A stretch of DNA of 64,000 bases from an uncultured Selenomonadales bacterium (GTDB taxonomy: Bacteria > Bacillota > Clostridia > Christensenellales > QALW01). Both the position numbers and the translations under genes were made by a program. The DNA lies in contig CAJKLB010000003.1 in assembly GCA_905200615.1 (NCBI GenBank), positions 5,692 through 69,691 on the forward strand, given 5' to 3'. Within the stretch, counting starts at the first letter, position 1. Every line of letters begins with the position of its first letter. The notes beneath the pieces were generated by a model. It saw only the letters and a program-made list of their open reading frames with translations, did no database searches and was not told the origin of the DNA. Shown in pieces: positions 59,086 through 64,000 of this stretch.

Positions 59086-59137
59086 AATCCGACCGAAGTC
59101 GGACTTTTTAAAGATTCTCACCGCACCCGGTGTTTCT

Positions 59138-61720
59138 TTATTTTATATCAAACTGTTCCGTTTCAAGAGAAAGGTGGGGATTGTAATACGGATCGCCCGC
59201 TTCCAGTTCTTTTCCCCATTTTTCCTGAAAGCGATTAATTTCCGATCGAAATCTTTCCTGCTGCTGCGGCGTTACTTCGGCGCCCCGGCTTTTGGATTCA
59301 TAATGATACATTTCCGCGTAAGGCGTAAAAACAATCAAATAACCCGCGCGGCGGATTTTCATACATAAATCCACATCGTTAAACGCAACCTGAAATTTTT
59401 CATCCAGTCCGCCCACCTCATCAAATACATCACGGCGGAGCAAAAGACACGCCGCCGTGCAGGCGCTTAAATTTTGAATAATGGAAGCGCGCGTCATATA
59501 TCCCGTATTGGAGCGATGAAAATATTTATGCGAATGGCCGGCTATGCCGCAAATACCCAGAATAACCCCGGCATGCTGGATGGTATCATCAGAATAATAT
59601 AACTTCGCACCCACAGCGCCTACATCTTTTCGCTGCGCGAACATAAGCATTTCCTGAATCCAGTTTTCCGAAATAATTTCAATATCATTATTTAAAAGCA
59701 ATAAATATTCGCCGGAAGCATACTGCGCCCCGAAATTATTGATTGCCGAATAATTAAACTCCCTCGTCCATTTAACCACCTGCAGCCTCGGATATTTCTT
59801 GAGTGTTTCATAATATTGAAAGGTAGTAGGATGTTCGCTGTTATTTTCAATAACAATAATTTCAAAATTCTGATACGTGGTCTTTTCATAAATGGATTGA
59901 AGACATTTTTCCAGATCGGCGATATGATCTTTATTCGGAATAAGAATAGAAACCAACGGTGTGCCGTTCAGCTCATATTCTATTTTATAAACCGACGGTA
60001 CGGCACCATCCTTTACTTCTCCCTTCAGTCCCACACGCTCTAAATGCGCCGCCAGCGCTTTATGTGCGGCCTCCACAATATAAGGCTTTGCCGCGACCGA
60101 CGCCGCGGTAGAATCAGCATGTCCGCGCCAGAAATAAAGAAGCTCGGGAATATGCACGATTTTTTTTGCCTGCTCCGTCAGTCTCAGAATCAAATCATAG
60201 TCTTGACTGCCGTCATATTCGCTGTTAAAAGGCCCCACTTTTTCAAGCAAATCGCGGGAAAATACCGAAAGATGACAGATATAATTATAACTGCGCAAAG
60301 TATCGGGTGAAAAATCCGGTTTATGATGTCGCAGCACAATATCGTCTAATGAATTATTCACAAAGGTAGCTTCATCGGTATAAATGAAATCGGCGTTTTC
60401 CTTGCAAATAACTTCCATGCAGGAGAACAGCGCGGAAGGATGCAAAATATCATCATGATCCAGCAGCGCAAAATAGTCGCCGGTCGCCATTTGAATGCAT
60501 TCGTTGGTATTTGCCGATATTCCCTTGTTTTCCTTCAGTTTTTTATAACAGATACGGGAATCGCTTTTTGCGGCGGACATGCAAATTTTTTCTACATCGC
60601 GGTGCTGTTCATCACTTCCGTCAGCAAGGCATAATTCCCACTTCGCATACGTTTGTTTTTGTACCGATTCAATCATTTCGCACAAAAAAGATTTGGGTGT
60701 ATTATAAAGCGGCACAAGAATACTGAACTTTACCGGGCGGTCAAAAACCTTTTTACTCTCCTCTTTCCGGCGGCTTTTTGAAATGGAATAACATTTTTCT
60801 TGGCTTATTTTTTCATTTTTTTTTAGCAAAGACCGAATTTTTTTTAAAAGTTTTTTTATCTGATCCGCTATAAAGCGCAGAGGATACGTTATCCGCCAGA
60901 ATTGAGAACGGCTGATTTGCTGATACGCCGCCAAAGTATGCTGCAGCTGAATATTTAAAGTATTGTTTTCTCTTTTCACATTTTCCGCCAGCTCTTTCTG
61001 CAGAGCCAGTGTTTCTTTTAAAAGAGAAATATTCTCCTGCAGCATAATTCTTTGCGCTTCCGCCTGCTGGCTGACAGCGCCGATCTCTGCTTTTTTACAG
61101 TTAATGGTTCTTTCATACCGTTCTACCGCCGGAAGATAAGAAGCGTTGCGTACAAACAAATACGCGTCCGCCGAAAGAAAGCTCGGATAACGATCTGTCT
61201 GATTATAAAAACCGACTTCGGCGAAAGCGGAAGCCCAAAAATCAGAAGTACGTACATTTAAATGCGTAGGATCCTCATCTTTTTTTGACGTGGAAGAAAA
61301 AAGAACCATATCGGTATAGCGGCATAAATTGGCGATTGCCTTTTTTCCGTCCGCTTCCGTAAGATGCTCTAAAACCTCAACACAGGTTATCATATCAAAA
61401 TGCGTAGGAAATTCACCGGGCAAAGGCTCTGTAAGCGAGCAGACTCTGCAATAGGAAGAAACGGAGGGATCTGTATGGGTAATTGCATATTCGGAAATAT
61501 CAATACCGTACGCCTCTACCCCCAAATCCCGCAGAGCCTTTACTAACATTCCTAAAGCGCAGCCCGCGTCCAAAACCGTTTTGGGATGATATTTTTCAAC
61601 AATGGTTTCAGCGATACGACGGAAAAATTTTTGAAGATGCAAACAACCTGAATAATTTACCGTCTGTTCTTCACTCAGCCGGTAACGGGTATAGTATGAT
61701 TCATCATAAACTGAATTCAT
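59138..61720 (-). CDS. multidomain enzyme: class I SAM methyltransferase + coiled coil + two family-2 glycosyltransferase domains
   Basis: 860 aa. VLDAGCALGMLV is SAM motif I. Approximately aa 215-300 look like a heptad-rich, helical coiled coil. The two GT2 signatures are FSILVPLYNTP...DGSD and VSILIPNKD...IIVIENNS...LLNND. Confidence 0.85.
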   Translation of the reverse strand: MNSVYDESYYTRYRLSEEQTVNYSGCLHLQKFFRRIAETIVEKYHPKTVLDAGCALGMLVKALRDLGVEAYGIDISEYAITHTDPSVSSYCRVCSLTEPLPGEFPTHFDMITCVEVLEHLTEADGKKAIANLCRYTDMVLFSSTSKKDEDPTHLNVRTSDFWASAFAEVGFYNQTDRYPSFLSADAYLFVRNASYLPAVERYERTINCKKAEIGAVSQQAEAQRIMLQENISLLKETLALQKELAENVKRENNTLNIQLQHTLAAYQQISRSQFWRITYPLRFIADQIKKLLKKIRSLLKKNEKISQEKCYSISKSRRKEESKKVFDRPVKFSILVPLYNTPKSFLCEMIESVQKQTYAKWELCLADGSDEQHRDVEKICMSAAKSDSRICYKKLKENKGISANTNECIQMATGDYFALLDHDDILHPSALFSCMEVICKENADFIYTDEATFVNNSLDDIVLRHHKPDFSPDTLRSYNYICHLSVFSRDLLEKVGPFNSEYDGSQDYDLILRLTEQAKKIVHIPELLYFWRGHADSTAASVAAKPYIVEAAHKALAAHLERVGLKGEVKDGAVPSVYKIEYELNGTPLVSILIPNKDHIADLEKCLQSIYEKTTYQNFEIIVIENNSEHPTTFQYYETLKKYPRLQVVKWTREFNYSAINNFGAQYASGEYLLLLNNDIEIISENWIQEMLMFAQRKDVGAVGAKLYYSDDTIQHAGVILGICGIAGHSHKYFHRSNTGYMTRASIIQNLSACTAACLLLRRDVFDEVGGLDEKFQVAFNDVDLCMKIRRAGYLIVFTPYAEMYHYESKSRGAEVTPQQQERFRSEINRFQEKWGKELEAGDPYYNPHLSLETEQFDIK

Positions 61721-62330
61721 GCGTACATTTCCTCCACTATAAATAACTACAAGGTATTATATAGCATGCCATAAAAAAAAGCAATAAAAAATAAGCCTAT
61801 GCGGCAAACAAGGTATTTTTCAGGCCGTTCTTCTTTTTAACCCATAAAACCTGCCGTAAAACAGGTATTTTAAAAAAAGCTTTCTCTATAAAACAAAAGG
61901 ATTCCTGATAGGCAAAAAGAAGAACGGCGCAGCAGGCATAATATCATTCGCCAAACAAGAAACCGCATACAGATTTTTTCTCCCGGCATAAAAAATCTCG
62001 GCAAAAGGAAAGCAACGCGCAGCGTGCTTCGGTGAATTTCTGCGTCCGAAGCCGCGCCTTGCCGATCTTTCACGCCTATGCGGCGGTTTTTGTTTATTTT
62101 TTCAACACCGACGAAAACAGAAACGCACTCATCAAAGAGTATCGCCGTTGTTTGCGGCGTTTGCCGCGCTGTTCTCTGAACTTTACAAAAATAAGTCCCT
62201 GTCTTTTGTTCCCCTAAGACATTGCCGATTGCTATCCCTTACCGTGCCGAACCGATCCGTTAAGCCGCAAAACACCGCCTCCGCTGTGTCTCCCGGCATA
62301 AATCCGATCCCTTAGCCAAGTACGGATCCG

Positions 62331-62855
62331 TTATGTACTTTCCTGCAACCGAAAGCGTACGGTTATTTTTTCTCCGCGGAGGGCCCGGGCAAGTTCCGCC
62401 GGCGTTTGGGTATATCCTAAAGGCGTGTAGCTGTAAGAAGTGGAAAAACTTTCATAAAACAGCACTAAACAGTTTTTTTGATACAGCATCAAATCCCCCG
62501 CGTGAATTTGGGAAGGTTTTTGCGCTTTTGCCGGAAGGGTATGATCTAAATAACAAAATTTTTCGTTCCCGTTGAGTTCATGCATTTCCAGCGTCAGGGG
62601 TAAAAGCTGCAAAAACGCCTCTGCCGTTTCATTGTTATACAGTGTAATCAAAAAACTTTTTTCATCAATCTCCATGCAGAGCGTGGCTTCCGTACTGTCG
62701 GTTTCGGCAGGAAGGGGAGGGTTTGTTTGGCTGCTTGGAACAGGCTGCTGTGTCGTTTCGTTTTTTGGCCGCGCTTGCGCGCAGCCGGCGGTAAGCAGCA
62801 CCGCCGAAAGAAGCCCGCACAGCAGCTGTTTTTTACGCATTTTTCCCGGCTTCAT
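62331..62855 (-). CDS. lipoprotein with cyclophilin-like fold domain (tentative)
   Basis: Lipobox LLTAGC|AQ. The C-terminal part (LITLYNNETAEAF...GDLMLYQKNCLVLFYESF) resembles cyclophilin-like domain proteins. Confidence 0.65.
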   Translation of the reverse strand: MKPGKMRKKQLLCGLLSAVLLTAGCAQARPKNETTQQPVPSSQTNPPLPAETDSTEATLCMEIDEKSFLITLYNNETAEAFLQLLPLTLEMHELNGNEKFCYLDHTLPAKAQKPSQIHAGDLMLYQKNCLVLFYESFSTSYSYTPLGYTQTPAELARALRGEKITVRFRLQEST

Positions 62856-63372
62856 AGGCTTCCTTTAACGCCGGATGTCCTTCAATCTGCCCCGGGGCCT
62901 CAACCCCTCCGCCAAACACCGTACCGGCAAAGCGTGCTTCGGGAAAACAGACGATCCACCCCGAAAGTCCGGTTTGGGCGCCCTCTGCCGCGCTTTTTGC
63001 TTCATCGGCGGCCGTTGCCAGCAGATAGATATCACGAAACGCGTAATCCGCGTTATAAAGAGGATTGCTGCGATCAAGCAGGGTTTTCATCTGACCGCAC
63101 ATTTCATAGTAATAAATGGGGGTAGCAAAAACCAGCACATCAGCGGTAAGCATTTTTTGCAGGATCGGCTGCATATCGTCATGGATTACACAACGCCCTG
63201 TCTTCTGGCAGGCCATACAGCCTTTGCAGAAGCCGATATTCTTATCCCGCAAAGAAATTTTTTCCGTTTCGTGTCCGGCGGCCCGGGCGCCTGCCAAAAA
63301 AGCGTCTGCCAGTCTGTCTGAATTTCCGGCGCTGCGGGGGCTGGTGGAAAGAATCAAAATCTTTTTTTTCAT
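62833..63372 (-). CDS. flavodoxin-like fold NAD(P)H-dependent FMN reductase family protein
   Basis: Start at MKKKILILSTSPRSAGNSDRLA (AAGGAG upstream). FATPIYYYEM motif. 179 aa. Confidence 0.8.
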   Translation of the reverse strand: MKKKILILSTSPRSAGNSDRLADAFLAGARAAGHETEKISLRDKNIGFCKGCMACQKTGRCVIHDDMQPILQKMLTADVLVFATPIYYYEMCGQMKTLLDRSNPLYNADYAFRDIYLLATAADEAKSAAEGAQTGLSGWIVCFPEARFAGTVFGGGVEAPGQIEGHPALKEAYEAGKNA

Positions 63373-63401
63373 ACGGTTTTCTCCTTTTTCTGAATCCATG
63401 G

Positions 63402-64000
63402 TTACAGCAATTTCAAAATATCTTCGGCAATTTGCTCAGCGGTTAAATGATTTTCCTTCAACACGGTTTGCACATCATATCGGTCAAGAAATTCCTTTTT
63501 GAAGCCAAAGTTCAATACTTTTATGCCGGTATCACCGTAAAACCGTGCCAGCTTTTCGCCGAAGCCGCCATCTAAAAAGCCGTCTTCCAAAGTTGCCACC
63601 ACGGAATGTTCCTTTTTCAGCTGTTCCAAAAGAGGACGGTCCATCCCGGTGACGGACCAGGGTTTTATGACGGTGGGGCGTACTCCTGTTTTTTCAAAAA
63701 TCAAGTCCGCGGCCTGTTTTGCCAGCGGATAGAACGTGCCCACTCCCAAAATGGCCGCGCCGCTTCCCGCTTGCGTTACTTCATAGGTGTTTATTTTTTC
63801 GCCGCTCCAGCAGCTCTCTTCCCTTTTCGAGATCATTTCGCCTCCCGGCACGCGGATAGCCACCGGATATTGAGTTTGTTCCAAGCTCCAGGCAAGCATA
63901 TCAAGATATTCTTCCTTGTTTGTCGGAGCCAGATATACCAAGTTAGGAATATTGGCCATCATGGGAATATCCTGCAATCCCAGATGCGTAATATCGCTCA
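63402..64000 (-). CDS. transketolase/DXS-family protein; only the C-terminal part is visible because the gene continues beyond the right edge
   Basis: The ORF is open to the window end. …IPNLVYLAPTNKEEYLDMLAW…AIRVPGG… plus the C-terminal domain layout parallels the DXS/transketolase pyrimidine-binding and C-terminal domains. Confidence 0.75.
   Translation of the reverse strand, partial: SDITHLGLQDIPMMANIPNLVYLAPTNKEEYLDMLAWSLEQTQYPVAIRVPGGEMISKREESCWSGEKINTYEVTQAGSGAAILGVGTFYPLAKQAADLIFEKTGVRPTVIKPWSVTGMDRPLLEQLKKEHSVVATLEDGFLDGGFGEKLARFYGDTGIKVLNFGFKKEFLDRYDVQTVLKENHLTAEQIAEDILKLL

Noticed and set aside
1-64000. Defence systems, prophage, integrative elements or biosynthetic gene clusters.
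   Set aside because: I found no recognisable nuclease/helicase/methylase defence pairs, integrases, recombinases, phage structural genes, or NRPS/PKS/RiPP enzymes.

Overview
This is a 64 kb chromosomal segment that looks like a mid-GC Gram-positive anaerobe of the Clostridia. The signs are AGGAGG-type ribosome-binding sites, a glgC/glgD pair, ECF S-components behind riboswitches, and hairpin plus T-run terminators. That taxonomic placement is inference only.

I support about 50 CDS:
- Housekeeping: ychF, gap, rlmA, a DAG-kinase-family lipid kinase, and glgB-glgC-glgD.
- Transport: FMN-riboswitch/ribU, THF-riboswitch/folT, potABCD with an XRE-cupin regulator, and an ABC-2 exporter.
- Glycan utilisation under AraC-type regulators: a BNR sialidase-like protein with a NanA-like lyase; a NahK-like kinase with a DUF4091/GH123-like hydrolase; GH27; CE4; an esterase; a large jelly-roll GH-like protein; and two URO-D-family proteins.
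- Surface: four secreted proteins of about 610-635 aa, each with a C-terminal membrane anchor.

I found no rRNA, tRNA, CRISPR, transposase, integrase, phage or recognisable defence genes.

The observations most worth a second look:
1. A structured interspersed repeat of about 200-230 bp that I cannot assign to a known family. It has five full copies plus a diverged relative and two short fragments, is always intergenic, and sits against terminator hairpins. One copy is bracketed by a 27-nt duplication of a terminator.
2. A shared non-LPXTG three-part C-terminal tail on the four surface proteins and, unexpectedly, on the PotD lipoprotein. The tail is a G-D/E motif, a hydrophobic helix and a Lys/Arg cluster.
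3. Tandem surface-protein paralogs whose internal modules are in swapped order.
4. An AraD::glycerol-1-phosphate-dehydrogenase fusion.
5. A THF riboswitch with a large inserted stem.
6. A methyltransferase/coiled-coil/GT2/GT2 fusion.

Everything comes from reading the sequence and ORF track. No searches were run. Family names rest on remembered motifs. Non-coding coordinates are good to about +/-3 nt.
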